From Minisyncoccota bacterium (GTDB lineage: Bacteria; Patescibacteriota; Minisyncoccia; Phycocordibacterales; UBA9973), in contig JBBABB010000002.1 in assembly GCA_041657885.1 (NCBI GenBank), positions 121,095-185,094 of the forward strand: DNA of 64,000 nt, given 5' to 3'. The position numbers were made by a program, and so were the translations under genes. How positions within the stretch are numbered: the first letter of the stretch is position 1; the number at the start of each line of letters is the position of its first letter. Shown in pieces: positions 1 to 9,376 of this stretch. Under the pieces are notes generated by a model that saw only the letters and a program-made list of their open reading frames with translations, did no database searches and was not told where the DNA came from.

Positions 1-1335
1 ATGAATAAGACAGGCACTTTTACTTTTAAAGCTACGAAAATTGGACAGGAGACAATGTTAGCTCAGATTATTAAACTAGTCCAAGAAGCACAAGGCAGTA
101 AAGCCCCAATACAGCGTTTAGCTGATTTAGTCTCTTCTTATTTTGTGCCCGTCGTCATAATGCTTGCCATTCTCACTTTTGCTATTTGGTATATTTTTGG
201 ACCAACCCCTACTCTTCTATTTGCAATACTAAATACTGTAGCAGTGCTTATTATCGCTTGCCCATGTGCTATGGGACTCGCTACTCCAACTGCAATTATG
301 GTAGGAACTGGTAAGGGCGCAGAACACGGTATTTTAATTAAAGATGCAGAAAGTTTAGAAATCGCACACAAAATCAATACAATTATTTTTGATAAAACTG
401 GTACTCTTACTAAGGGAAAGCCAGAAGTAACCGATATTATTCCTATTGATAAAAGTGTAAGTAGTGATGAATTATTAAAATTAGCAGGGTCAATAGAGCA
501 GGGCTCGGAGCATTCATTAGCTGAAGCTATTGTAAAAGAAGCGGAAAATAAGAAACTTGTTCTATCCAAAGTTGAAAAATTTCAAGCGATTCCTGGACAC
601 GGGGTAGAAGGAATTATTGGTGGAAAAAGAATTGTGTTTGGAAATAAGAGATTAATGGATAAAGAAAACATTAATATAAATAATGCCTTAAATGAAATAA
701 GTGAAATGGAAAATAATGGTAAAACAGTTATGATGATTGGTACTAATAATAAACTCGTGGGATTAATTGCTGTAGCTGACATTATTAAAGAAAGTGCTCA
801 AGAGGGATTGATTGCGCTACAGAAACTTGGTATTGAAGTTGTTATGATTACTGGAGATAATCAAAGAACAGCCAAGGCTATTGGACAAAAACTAGGCATC
901 ACTAGAATTCTTGCGGAGGTATTGCCAGATCAAAAAGAAATAGAAGTACGAAAGATTCAAGCAGAGGGTAAAGTGGTAGCCATGGTTGGAGATGGTATCA
1001 ATGATGCTCCAGCTCTTGCAGCTGCCGATGTTGGAATAGCTATGGGAACAGGAACAGATGTCGCAATTGAAGCGGCTGATATTACTCTCATCAATAAAGA
1101 TTTAAGATCCGTAGCTGCTGCAATAGTTTTATCAAAGAAAACAATGAGAACCATCCGTCTAAATCTTTTTTGGGCATTTGGCTATAATGTGATTCTAATT
1201 CCTGTGGCAATGGGAGCTCTTTACCCATTATTTCATATTTTATTAAGTCCAATATTTGCATCTGTCGCTATGGCCACAAGCTCTATATCTGTCGTCGGAA
1301 ATTCACTTTTGCTTAAGAAAAAAAAGATAGTTTAG
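1..1335 (+). CDS. copA: Heavy-metal (Cu+) translocating P-type ATPase, C-terminal part (5' truncated by window edge)
   Basis: Transmembrane CPC motif (IIACPCAMGLATP), phosphorylation motif DKTGTLT, hinge GDGINDAP, C-terminal TM helices; ORF runs from window position 1. Confidence 0.9.
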   Translation: MNKTGTFTFKATKIGQETMLAQIIKLVQEAQGSKAPIQRLADLVSSYFVPVVIMLAILTFAIWYIFGPTPTLLFAILNTVAVLIIACPCAMGLATPTAIMVGTGKGAEHGILIKDAESLEIAHKINTIIFDKTGTLTKGKPEVTDIIPIDKSVSSDELLKLAGSIEQGSEHSLAEAIVKEAENKKLVLSKVEKFQAIPGHGVEGIIGGKRIVFGNKRLMDKENININNALNEISEMENNGKTVMMIGTNNKLVGLIAVADIIKESAQEGLIALQKLGIEVVMITGDNQRTAKAIGQKLGITRILAEVLPDQKEIEVRKIQAEGKVVAMVGDGINDAPALAAADVGIAMGTGTDVAIEAADITLINKDLRSVAAAIVLSKKTMRTIRLNLFWAFGYNVILIPVAMGALYPLFHILLSPIFASVAMATSSISVVGNSLLLKKKKIV

Positions 1336-1366
1336 AAATAAGAATCGTGCTAATATAATAATACAT

Positions 1367-1813
1367 ATGAATTCCATATTAAAAAATAATAAAATCTGGA
1401 AAATAGTGTTGATATTAACCGCAATCTTTTTCTTATGGGTTAGTACTTTTGGATTACTCTACCATATAGATGAAATGAAATCTGAAATAGAAAAAAATGC
1501 TTGTTTATTTAGCTCCTCTTCAAATGGAGGGTGCGCCATGAATTTTTCAGAACATATTGCTTTTTGGCAAGAAATGACATTAAGCTTACCCCAAAATATA
1601 ATTGACGCAATCAGTGCTCTTTTATTAATGATTGCATTAGTTGCGGTAGCTATTTTCTATAAAGATTATATTTTTGAATTTTTTAAAAATATTACATTCC
1701 AATTCAGGCTTTATATAAAAGAACACCCGCAAATAAATCTTTTTAATTATTTAAAAGAAGTTTTTTCTAGCGGTATTCTTAATACAAAAATATACAAATT
1801 AGCAACAATATAG
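1367..1813 (+). CDS. Hypothetical membrane protein
   Basis: 148-aa ORF with hydrophobic N-terminal and central segments; no recognisable motif. Confidence 0.3.
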   Translation: MNSILKNNKIWKIVLILTAIFFLWVSTFGLLYHIDEMKSEIEKNACLFSSSSNGGCAMNFSEHIAFWQEMTLSLPQNIIDAISALLLMIALVAVAIFYKDYIFEFFKNITFQFRLYIKEHPQINLFNYLKEVFSSGILNTKIYKLATI

Positions 1814-1912
1814 TTTTGCGGATTTATCAATTTTAGTTTGGTCACTTTTGATAAATAAAAACCGCAAGGCTTTTTTGTTTGCGTATTTATTAAATAATTT
1901 ATATTAAATAAA

Positions 1913-2404
1913 ATGAAAAAAACTATTATTATTACTCTCCTCATTGTAGTTGGTCTCATTGGTCTTATATGGTTGGGAAGTAAAAATCAAAAAGCTCCAG
2001 TACAAAATACTGGAATTAAAAGTGTTTTAACTACATCCCTAGATGTATATGATTTTGGAAAAATTTCTATGAAAAATGGAAATGTAATTAAAGATTTCAC
2101 TATTACAAATCCTACAGATAAAGACATTCTTCTTTCTTCTGTTTCAACTTCTTGTATGTGTACTAATGCATTTATTGTCAATCCTAATGGCACTAAAAAG
2201 GGGCCTTTTGGAATGTCAGGCATGGGTTATATTCCTCCAGCCAATGAAACAATCAAGGCTGGTGGAAGTAGTACTATTCAAGTTGTCTATGATCCTAATG
2301 CTCATGGTCCTGCAGGTGTAGGATTTATAGATAGATTTATCACTCTAGTTGATGAAAGTGGAAATGAGCTTCAAATTGAAATAAAAGCAACAGTAACCCC
2401 TTAA
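1913..2404 (+). CDS. Secreted DUF1573-like protein
   Basis: N-terminal signal/TM; DFGKI...G..IKDFTITN...SCMCT pattern resembles the DUF1573 consensus (FDFG..G..F.F.N.G..PL.I..V..SCGCT). Confidence 0.45.
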   Translation: MKKTIIITLLIVVGLIGLIWLGSKNQKAPVQNTGIKSVLTTSLDVYDFGKISMKNGNVIKDFTITNPTDKDILLSSVSTSCMCTNAFIVNPNGTKKGPFGMSGMGYIPPANETIKAGGSSTIQVVYDPNAHGPAGVGFIDRFITLVDESGNELQIEIKATVTP

Positions 2405-2410
2405 AAAATT

Positions 2411-3190
2411 ATGAAAAAAACATTAATAACATTAACAATAATTATTCTAGTTATTTTAGGAATAATTTTCTTAAAAAATAGTTCTGGTACTTCGTCATTA
2501 ATTTGGAATTTAAGTAATAGTGGAGCTTGGCTTTTACCTCTTGTTTTAGTTTCTGCTCTACTTGATAGTGTTCATCCATGTTCATTCTCAATCCTTCTTA
2601 TCACAATCGCATTTCTATTTGGAATGCAATTGACTAGAAAGAAAATCCTGCAGATTGGTGGAATATATATCGCTGGAATATTTACAGCCTATTTTTTGAT
2701 TGGTCTTGGAATTCTAAAAGTTCTACATTTGTTCAATACACCACACTTTATGGGAAAGCTTGGCGCGACTCTGTTAATCGCTTTTGGATTAATAAATATT
2801 CTCAGTCAACTTTTCCCAAAGTTCCCTATAAAGCTTAAAATTCCTTCCATATCTCATACAACAATGGGTCGGCTTATGGAAAAAGCTTCATTTCCTGCGG
2901 CATTTGGACTTGGGTTACTAGTAGGTGTATGTCAATTCCCTTGTATGGGTGGACCATACTTAATGGTTATAGGACTATTGAAAGATCAAGTTACATATCT
3001 AGCTGGTTCTAGCTATCTATTACTTTATAATTTAATTTTAATTATTCCTCTTGTTGCTGTTCTTTGGGTATCGGCCGATAAGATGATTGTAAATAAGGTG
3101 CAAGAATGGAAGAAAACAAATTTAAGAGGTTTAAAGTTTTGGGCGGGTCTTGCAATGATTATTATCGGTATCTTAATTTTCTTTATCTAA
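2411..3190 (+). CDS. CcdA/DsbD-family thiol-disulfide transporter-like membrane protein
   Basis: Polytopic membrane protein with two TM-embedded Cys motifs (HPCSFSIL and FPCMGGPYL) arranged like the two redox Cys of CcdA/DsbD. Confidence 0.5.
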   Translation: MKKTLITLTIIILVILGIIFLKNSSGTSSLIWNLSNSGAWLLPLVLVSALLDSVHPCSFSILLITIAFLFGMQLTRKKILQIGGIYIAGIFTAYFLIGLGILKVLHLFNTPHFMGKLGATLLIAFGLINILSQLFPKFPIKLKIPSISHTTMGRLMEKASFPAAFGLGLLVGVCQFPCMGGPYLMVIGLLKDQVTYLAGSSYLLLYNLILIIPLVAVLWVSADKMIVNKVQEWKKTNLRGLKFWAGLAMIIIGILIFFI

Positions 3191-3280
3191 ATATATGAAC
3201 CCCGTTAGAAGTTCAATAAACATTAGCGGGGCAATAAAAAGTAATGATTACTATTATTAACATTAATCTAAAAAATAAAT

Positions 3281-3793
3281 ATGAAAACTTCTAACGGGGT
3301 GAAAACAAAAAAACCAACAATGGATGAATTCTTAAGTAAAATAGAAAATCTTAAAGAAAAAGCTGGGGTTGATCTTTCAACAACAGAAGACTTAAGTTTG
3401 GCAGTGATGAATTTAATTAGTTTAGAAGAACATTTCTTTTTTACTGGAGTTAAATTAAAAAAAGACGAATATTTTAACACCTCAAATGAGATTCGAGAAC
3501 TTCGAAAAGGATTATTAAAAGAATTAATGCCAAATCACGAAGGAGAAACGTGGTGCATATCAAAACATTTACTCTCTACTACAATGCGTCTTATTGAAGT
3601 CGGCAATAAGCTTTCATCAGATGGTAAAAAAGAAGAGGCAAAAAAAATGTTTGAGAAGGCTTACAAAGTTTACTCAATATTTTGGGCTCTAAAGTTAAAA
3701 TTATTAGATGGTCAATTAATAAAAGATACAGCAAAAGGCAGTTCTAACCTCGAAGATTTGGTTGGTAAACTTGCTAATTGCTGTAACGAATAA
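3281..3793 (+). CDS. Hypothetical protein
   Basis: 170-aa ORF, charged helical composition, no recognisable motif. Confidence 0.35.
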   Translation: MKTSNGVKTKKPTMDEFLSKIENLKEKAGVDLSTTEDLSLAVMNLISLEEHFFFTGVKLKKDEYFNTSNEIRELRKGLLKELMPNHEGETWCISKHLLSTTMRLIEVGNKLSSDGKKEEAKKMFEKAYKVYSIFWALKLKLLDGQLIKDTAKGSSNLEDLVGKLANCCNE

Positions 3794-3800
3794 ATAATGA

Positions 3801-3842
3801 CCACATGTCCGACATGGGGTTAGCCCCATGTCGGACATGTGG
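3801..3842. repeat. Perfect GC-rich palindrome (19-bp arms, 4-nt loop) between two genes
   Basis: ccacatgtccgacatgggg ttag ccccatgtcggacatgtgg read directly; immediately after the stop at 3791-3793; the ORF-track start at 3805 lies inside it. Confidence 0.8.
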
Positions 3843-3852
3843 ACGAATATAT

Positions 3853-4875
3853 ATGGAAAATAAAAATGAAGAACAAATAGTAATAATAGAAGAAATTTCT
3901 GAAGAAAAAATAACTTCTGAGCCAGTAATTAAAAAGAGTCAAATTATTCAATCAAGTATTTTAATAGTTGCCATTATTATTTCCAGTTTTTTAGGATATA
4001 CAGTTGGAGTAAAAACTGGAGCTCAACAATTAGTAAAAGGGTCCAATCAAGAAAACCTCCTCGTATCAAAGCTGGAAGAAAAAGTATTACCATCTAAGGG
4101 AGTAACACTACCAGTAACTTGGGGGAACCTCGGAGTGAAATTAGCGGAAGCAGGAGTAATAGATGCAGATAAATTCAAAACTATCTATGAACAGAGAGGT
4201 CAATATACAGAAGAGAATAGAAAGTTACTTGAAGGAATAGGTAATGGAAATATAAAAATAACAAATGAAAATTCTGGTTATTTACTTAATCTATTCTGGG
4301 CTTTAGGTTTAGCAAATAAAAATGAAATTTTAGAAAAAGGTGAAATGATGGATCCTAGATATGGTGGAGCAGGTAATTTTGCTTCTACTGGCGGTTGGAC
4401 TATTGCAAAAGGTAACGCAATGGATCACTACAGTAAACATATAATGTTTAATCTAACCCCTGAGCAACAGGCTCTAGTAGACAAAGTTTCTCGTGGTATC
4501 TATAGACCATGTTGTGGAAACTCGGTTCATTTTCCTGATTGTAATCACGGAATGGCAATGCTGGGACTTTTGGAGTTAATGGCTTCACAAGGTGCAAGTG
4601 AACAAGAGATGTGGAAGACAGCTTTGATTGTAAATTCTTACTGGTTTCCAGATACTTATCTAACAATAGCAACTTATATGAAAGGAAAGGGTATTGATTG
4701 GAAAGATGTTAATCCACAAGAAATATTAGGAGCAGAATATTCTAGTTCACAAGGTTATGCAAATATTTCCGCACAGGTTACAAAACCAGAACAGTCACAA
4801 CAACAAGGTGGTGGGTGTGATGTAGGAGGAGCTCCCGCACCACAACAGCAGAAACAGGTTGGATGTGGGGTATAA
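3853..4875 (+). CDS. Hypothetical membrane-anchored Cys/Gln-rich protein (start moved to ATG 3853; track ORF 3805 begins inside the palindrome)
   Basis: One N-terminal TM helix then soluble domain; CCGNSVHFPDCNHG motif; Gln/Gly-rich C-terminus ending in GCGV. Confidence 0.4.
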   Translation: MENKNEEQIVIIEEISEEKITSEPVIKKSQIIQSSILIVAIIISSFLGYTVGVKTGAQQLVKGSNQENLLVSKLEEKVLPSKGVTLPVTWGNLGVKLAEAGVIDADKFKTIYEQRGQYTEENRKLLEGIGNGNIKITNENSGYLLNLFWALGLANKNEILEKGEMMDPRYGGAGNFASTGGWTIAKGNAMDHYSKHIMFNLTPEQQALVDKVSRGIYRPCCGNSVHFPDCNHGMAMLGLLELMASQGASEQEMWKTALIVNSYWFPDTYLTIATYMKGKGIDWKDVNPQEILGAEYSSSQGYANISAQVTKPEQSQQQGGGCDVGGAPAPQQQKQVGCGV

Positions 4876-4917
4876 TTAGTATATAGGTCGATCTTAAAAA
4901 AATAATTTAATTAATTT

Positions 4918-5091
4918 ATGTTTAACCTATTCAAAGAAAAATGTCCCATTTGTAAAATGGAACTACAAAAAGGAAAAGTTTATCCCGAAGAATCTGGTAA
5001 AAAGTTTTGTTCAGAGAATTGTAAAACAGAATACACACAACAGTTAGCTGACGGAAAATCACAACATTCTGGTGGTGGATGTTGCCATTAA
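4918..5091 (+). CDS. Small TRASH/YHS-like metal-binding protein (57 aa, below the ORF-track threshold)
   Basis: MFNLFKEKCPICKMELQKGKVYPEESGKKFCSENCKTEYTQQLADGKSQHSGGGCCH: C-x2-C...C-x3-C arrangement like TRASH/YHS domains plus C-terminal GGGCCH; sits in a metal/redox gene neighbourhood. Confidence 0.45.
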   Translation: MFNLFKEKCPICKMELQKGKVYPEESGKKFCSENCKTEYTQQLADGKSQHSGGGCCH

Positions 5092-5132
5092 AAATAGTCG
5101 AAAATTATAAAATAATTAGTAAAAATTGAAAT

Positions 5133-5405
5133 ATGGAAAAACTATCTTTGAAATCTTACGGCTGGAAATGTGTTCTTGGGTCTGAAATAGTTTATGTTTT
5201 ATGTCTTATTGGTGGATTTATCCCATTACGTAGTATAAGAGGGACAGAATTACATCATGCTCTCTTTGAAACTCTTCCAGGTTTTACTTGGATAAGTTTT
5301 GAGAGCGTAATACTTGGTGCATTTTATATGTTTGTATTTGCCTGGATATTTGCTTGGTATATGGTCTGGATGCATAATTCAAGTTTAATAAATAAAAACA
5401 AATAA
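5133..5405 (+). CDS. Hypothetical small membrane protein
   Basis: 90-aa ORF with two hydrophobic helices. Confidence 0.25.
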   Translation: MEKLSLKSYGWKCVLGSEIVYVLCLIGGFIPLRSIRGTELHHALFETLPGFTWISFESVILGAFYMFVFAWIFAWYMVWMHNSSLINKNK

Positions 5406-5406
5406 T

Positions 5407-5688
5407 ATGCATAATCACGAGAACAAACAAGGCCGAGGAATAATGTGGATGATGATGATTTGTTGTGTTGTGCCAATTGTTTTGCTTCTTGTTTTTGGTG
5501 TAGGGAATAGTGCTAGTAATATAGGAGGAAATTCAAAATGGATCATCTGGATTGTAATTGCAATAATGATAGGATCTCATTTATTTATGATGAGAAAACC
5601 TCATAAAAATTCTAATAAAGAAACTGAAATATTAAAAGAAGGAGAAGAAGAAAAGGTTAAAAATAATTCAAGTAATAGTTGTCATTAA
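5407..5688 (+). CDS. Hypothetical small membrane protein (His-rich N-terminus, CC pair)
   Basis: MHNHENKQGRGIMWMMMICCVVP...; two TM segments. Confidence 0.25.
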   Translation: MHNHENKQGRGIMWMMMICCVVPIVLLLVFGVGNSASNIGGNSKWIIWIVIAIMIGSHLFMMRKPHKNSNKETEILKEGEEEKVKNNSSNSCH

Positions 5689-5694
5689 ATTGAT

Positions 5695-6135
5695 ATGTCC
5701 AATAGCATTATAAAATCAGTTCTGTATGGGATACTCGCAAGCGCTATTCTACTTGGAATTTATTTTGCGATACTAACGTTTGTATCAGGCTGGGGCTTTA
5801 CTCAAGAGCAATTTGCGGACTATTGGTATTTTATTATTAGTTTAACGATAGGTTTTGGAATTCAGATTTCACTATATCAATACATTAAAAGTTTAGTGCA
5901 TTGTGGACGAGGTATGGGGAAAGTGGTGGGTGTATCCGGCACCACTTCCACCGCAGCTATGATTTCCTGTTGCGCTCATTATTTAGTTAATTTAGTACCC
6001 ATTCTAGGAGTGACTGGGCTTGTTAGTTTTATCGCACAGTATCAAGTTAAATTATTTTGGATAGGTATTTTTTTTAACACTGTTGGTATTCTATATATGG
6101 CAAATAGAATTATTAAATTTAAAAAGCAACTATGA
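5695..6135 (+). CDS. Hypothetical polytopic membrane protein with Cys motifs
   Basis: HCGRG and SCCAHYLVNL motifs within TM regions; possible metal-handling membrane protein. Confidence 0.3.
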   Translation: MSNSIIKSVLYGILASAILLGIYFAILTFVSGWGFTQEQFADYWYFIISLTIGFGIQISLYQYIKSLVHCGRGMGKVVGVSGTTSTAAMISCCAHYLVNLVPILGVTGLVSFIAQYQVKLFWIGIFFNTVGILYMANRIIKFKKQL

Positions 6136-6596
6136 AAAACACAGTAGTAACAATTTTATCAATAGTCGCATTTGTAGGAGGGTTTCTTGCTCTTTTTCTT
6201 AGTGGTCCAGTAGAAAAAAAGACACCAGTTACCAATCAAGCAATTCAACAAACAAATATAAAGCAAAATTTGGAATCTAAAACCGACGAGCAATTAGCAG
6301 TGACTGTTACCGTAACTCCTGTTGATATTTCTCCCGTATTACCAGAATGGAAATTTAATATTGTGATGAACAATCATGAAATTGAGCTTAATCAAGATTT
6401 AGTTAAAAATACCATATTAGTAGATAACGAAGGTAAAGAATATAAACCATTACGATGGGAAGGTGCAGAACCAGATGGGCACCACAGAGAGGGGGTATTA
6501 ATATTTAAAGCAATAACACCTAATCCTAAATCAATTGAATTAAAAATTTCTGGGATTAAAGAAGTAGTAAGAAGTTTTATTTGGCAACTTAATTAA
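6132..6596 (+). CDS. Hypothetical secreted protein
   Basis: N-terminal signal anchor, then a soluble domain without a recognisable motif. Confidence 0.3.
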   Translation: MKNTVVTILSIVAFVGGFLALFLSGPVEKKTPVTNQAIQQTNIKQNLESKTDEQLAVTVTVTPVDISPVLPEWKFNIVMNNHEIELNQDLVKNTILVDNEGKEYKPLRWEGAEPDGHHREGVLIFKAITPNPKSIELKISGIKEVVRSFIWQLN

Positions 6597-6615
6597 CAAA
6601 ATAATATAAAATATT

Positions 6616-7248
6616 ATGACAACAACATCAGGTTATGGATTATGGGGGTTAGTATTATTAAATACGGCAATATTTCTTATTTTTGCCTTTAGTTTTACCC
6701 ACCCAAAGACAAAAAGAGATTGGAGATCTTTTGGAGCTTTTGGAGCTTTTATAGTGGCCCTTTTTACAGAAATGTATGGATTCCCTTTAACTATTTATTT
6801 TTTCTCTGGAACATTAACAAAGTATTTTCCTAATATCGACTGGCTTAGTCACAATAATGGACATCTATGGGAATCATTATTGGGATTAAAAGGAGATCCG
6901 CATTTTAATATAATACATACTTTAAGTAGTGTATTTATTATTGTTGGTTTTATAATTATAGCAAGTGCGTGGAGGGTATTATATAAATCACAACAGGAGC
7001 ATACTCTTGCAGTAGATGGTATGTATAAATATATTAGACATCCTCAATATATTGGTTTTGTGTTGGTTATGGTTGGATTTCTTTTACAATGGCCAACTAT
7101 ATTAACATTGGCAATGTTTCCTATTTTAGTTTTTATGTATACACGTCTTTCTTATAGAGAAGAGAAGGAAATGGAAAAAGAATTTGGAGAAGAATATAGA
7201 GTTTATAAGAACAAAGTTCCTGCGTTTATTCCTAGACTCAAGAGGTAA
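6616..7248 (+). CDS. Isoprenylcysteine carboxyl methyltransferase (ICMT/PEMT-like) family membrane protein
   Basis: C-terminal signature RHPQYIGFVLVMVGFLLQWP...EEKEMEKEFGEEYRVYKNKVP typical of the ICMT family. Confidence 0.7.
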   Translation: MTTTSGYGLWGLVLLNTAIFLIFAFSFTHPKTKRDWRSFGAFGAFIVALFTEMYGFPLTIYFFSGTLTKYFPNIDWLSHNNGHLWESLLGLKGDPHFNIIHTLSSVFIIVGFIIIASAWRVLYKSQQEHTLAVDGMYKYIRHPQYIGFVLVMVGFLLQWPTILTLAMFPILVFMYTRLSYREEKEMEKEFGEEYRVYKNKVPAFIPRLKR

Positions 7249-7273
7249 AATATGGTATAATTAACACGTAATT

Positions 7274-7672
7274 ATGAAAAATCTTTTATTAATATTTTTT
7301 ATTGGTTTTATTGGGTTTAGCCTTCTGGGGCTTGGTTTTTCTGATATGGGGCCAAATCATAAAGGGGGATGTATCGCCTCTACTTTAGATGGGACATCTT
7401 GTCCAACTAGTAGTACTGATTTCATAGAGCATCATATTTCAGCTTGGCAAGATTTTACAACTACATTACTCTCACCAATTTTTAATATGTTTTTGTTTTT
7501 TTCTTTCTTATTTATTATATTAATTTTCATATTTTTATATTTTAAAAATAAACTTTTACAAGATTCAAGATTTATACTCAAAAATTTAAAAAATTTAGCT
7601 TTTAATTATTTTTATAATAAAAGAAAAGTTATCTCTTGGCTTTCTCTCTTAGAACTGAGCCCAGCCATATAG
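7274..7672 (+). CDS. Hypothetical membrane protein
   Basis: 132-aa ORF with TM segments and a GCIASTLDGTSCPTS motif. Confidence 0.25.
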   Translation: MKNLLLIFFIGFIGFSLLGLGFSDMGPNHKGGCIASTLDGTSCPTSSTDFIEHHISAWQDFTTTLLSPIFNMFLFFSFLFIILIFIFLYFKNKLLQDSRFILKNLKNLAFNYFYNKRKVISWLSLLELSPAI

Positions 7673-7803
7673 TTAAGCATAAATGAAAGTAAATCTTTCT
7701 TTTGTGCTTCTTAATATCCTTAATACGGGTATTTTTGTTTGTTTACTAACTTAATCAAAGAGCCGCCTACACTTAACAGTTATGGCGAGCCGAAGAAAAT
7801 TAT

Positions 7804-8670
7804 ATGGAAACATTAGTAGGAATATCGTTAGTAGCCGCATTCGTAGCTGGAGTCGCAGCACTTTTTGCACCATGCTGTATCACAGTATTGCTTCCATCCT
7901 ATCTAGGAAATATTTTCAGAGAAAAATATAAAATTTTCTTCATGACTTTTATTTTTTTCCTAGGAATAGCAACTGTCTTTGTGCCAATTGGTTTAGGGTT
8001 TTCTGCTTTAGCTCAATTTTTTAGTAAATATCATAATGCAATATTTACTATCGGTGGAATTTTCTTAGTTGTGTTAGGAATAATAATGCTTTTAGGCAAG
8101 AAGTTTGCTCGACCAACTTCTATTCGAGATGGAATGAGACGACATGTTTCTTCTGTCTATGTTCTCGGTATTTTCTCAGCCATAGCCACAACTTGTTGTG
8201 CTCCAGTGTTAGCAGGAGTTCTAACCCTCTCATTAACAAGTGGCACAATTGTTTGGGGAGTACTATATACATTGGCATATGTTTTAGGAATGACTTTGCC
8301 ATTGTTCATCATTGCCGCATTTCTCGATAAAGTAGACTTGGCAGAAAAATTTACTAATGCCAAGAGAAATATATCTATGAGAATTGGTAGTTTCAGTTGG
8401 AAAATTTCTGTTTCCGAATTAATCTCCGGACTCATCTTTTTATTGATGGGTGGTTATATCACTTATTTAGCTTTCAGAAATAAATTATTTGTTCATTCAG
8501 ATTATCAACTAAATATGAATTTATATAATGCCAAATTCTTAAAATCTATAAATGGATTTATAACAGCAGTTCCTGAATACATATGGGCGCTTCTATTTAT
8601 CGGAATAGTTATACTCATATCGTATGTGTTCATTAATCAAAATAATAAAAAAAATAAAAAACATGAATAA
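7804..8670 (+). CDS. CcdA/DsbD-like membrane protein (second copy)
   Basis: APCCITVLLPSYLG resembles the CcdA SPCvLPLLPaYL motif; second Cys motif TTCCAPVLAGV further along. Confidence 0.45.
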   Translation: METLVGISLVAAFVAGVAALFAPCCITVLLPSYLGNIFREKYKIFFMTFIFFLGIATVFVPIGLGFSALAQFFSKYHNAIFTIGGIFLVVLGIIMLLGKKFARPTSIRDGMRRHVSSVYVLGIFSAIATTCCAPVLAGVLTLSLTSGTIVWGVLYTLAYVLGMTLPLFIIAAFLDKVDLAEKFTNAKRNISMRIGSFSWKISVSELISGLIFLLMGGYITYLAFRNKLFVHSDYQLNMNLYNAKFLKSINGFITAVPEYIWALLFIGIVILISYVFINQNNKKNKKHE

Positions 8671-9331
8671 TCAAAATCAAAAACCACTAATATTTTCAAT
8701 TATTATTCTTTCAATAGTAATACTATTTTTAGGATACTTTCTGATTAAAAATCCTTCACAAGGACCAAGTGACAGCTCCCAAACTGCTAGTGTTAATAAC
8801 AATACCACTTCTAATCCACATGATCACAGTGGAGCATCTACTCCAGTCAATAGCGAACAACTAAATTCCCTAATAGGAAAAACAATGCCCTCTATCTCAT
8901 TGACAGATAAAGATGGAAAGGTATATACGACTAATGATTTTAAGGGCAAAAATACTGTTCTTTTCTTTAATGAAGGTCTTATGTGTTATCCTGCTTGTTG
9001 GAATCAAATGGCAGCATTTGGTGATGACGCAAGATTTAGTAATGATACAACCCAAGCTATTTCTGTTGTTGTAGATTCTGCAGAAGATTGGCAAACAGCA
9101 ATTGATAAAATGCCAGAACTTGCAAAAACTCTAACTATGTTTGATGCAAATGCTAATACTTCTAGAGAACTCGGATTATTGACAACAGCTTCTTCAATGC
9201 ACAGAGGTTCATTGCCAGGACATACCTACATAGTAATAGATAAAGAAGGAATAGTCAGATATGTATTTGATGACCCAAATATGGCAATTGCAAATGATAT
9301 GTTGTTTGATATAATAGGAGAATTAAAGTAA
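8660..9331 (+). CDS. Thioredoxin-fold redoxin (TlpA/ResA/AhpC-TSA-like), membrane anchored
   Basis: N-terminal TM helix; GKNTVLFFNEGLMCYPAC motif typical of the redoxin family; start taken at the internal Met because the track ORF overlaps the upstream gene. Confidence 0.5.
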   Translation, partial: NMNNQNQKPLIFSIIILSIVILFLGYFLIKNPSQGPSDSSQTASVNNNTTSNPHDHSGASTPVNSEQLNSLIGKTMPSISLTDKDGKVYTTNDFKGKNTVLFFNEGLMCYPACWNQMAAFGDDARFSNDTTQAISVVVDSAEDWQTAIDKMPELAKTLTMFDANANTSRELGLLTTASSMHRGSLPGHTYIVIDKEGIVRYVFDDPNMAIANDMLFDIIGELK

Positions 9332-9376
9332 TAAATTATTGTAAAAGGTAATTTTTTGTGCTAGAGTGTATACCTG

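Noticed and set aside
3805-3852. ORF-track start codon at 3805 for the gene ending at 4875
   Set aside because: The ATG lies inside the 42-bp perfect palindrome, and the encoded MSDMGLAPCRTCGRIY is the palindrome read in frame; a downstream ATG (3853) is more plausible
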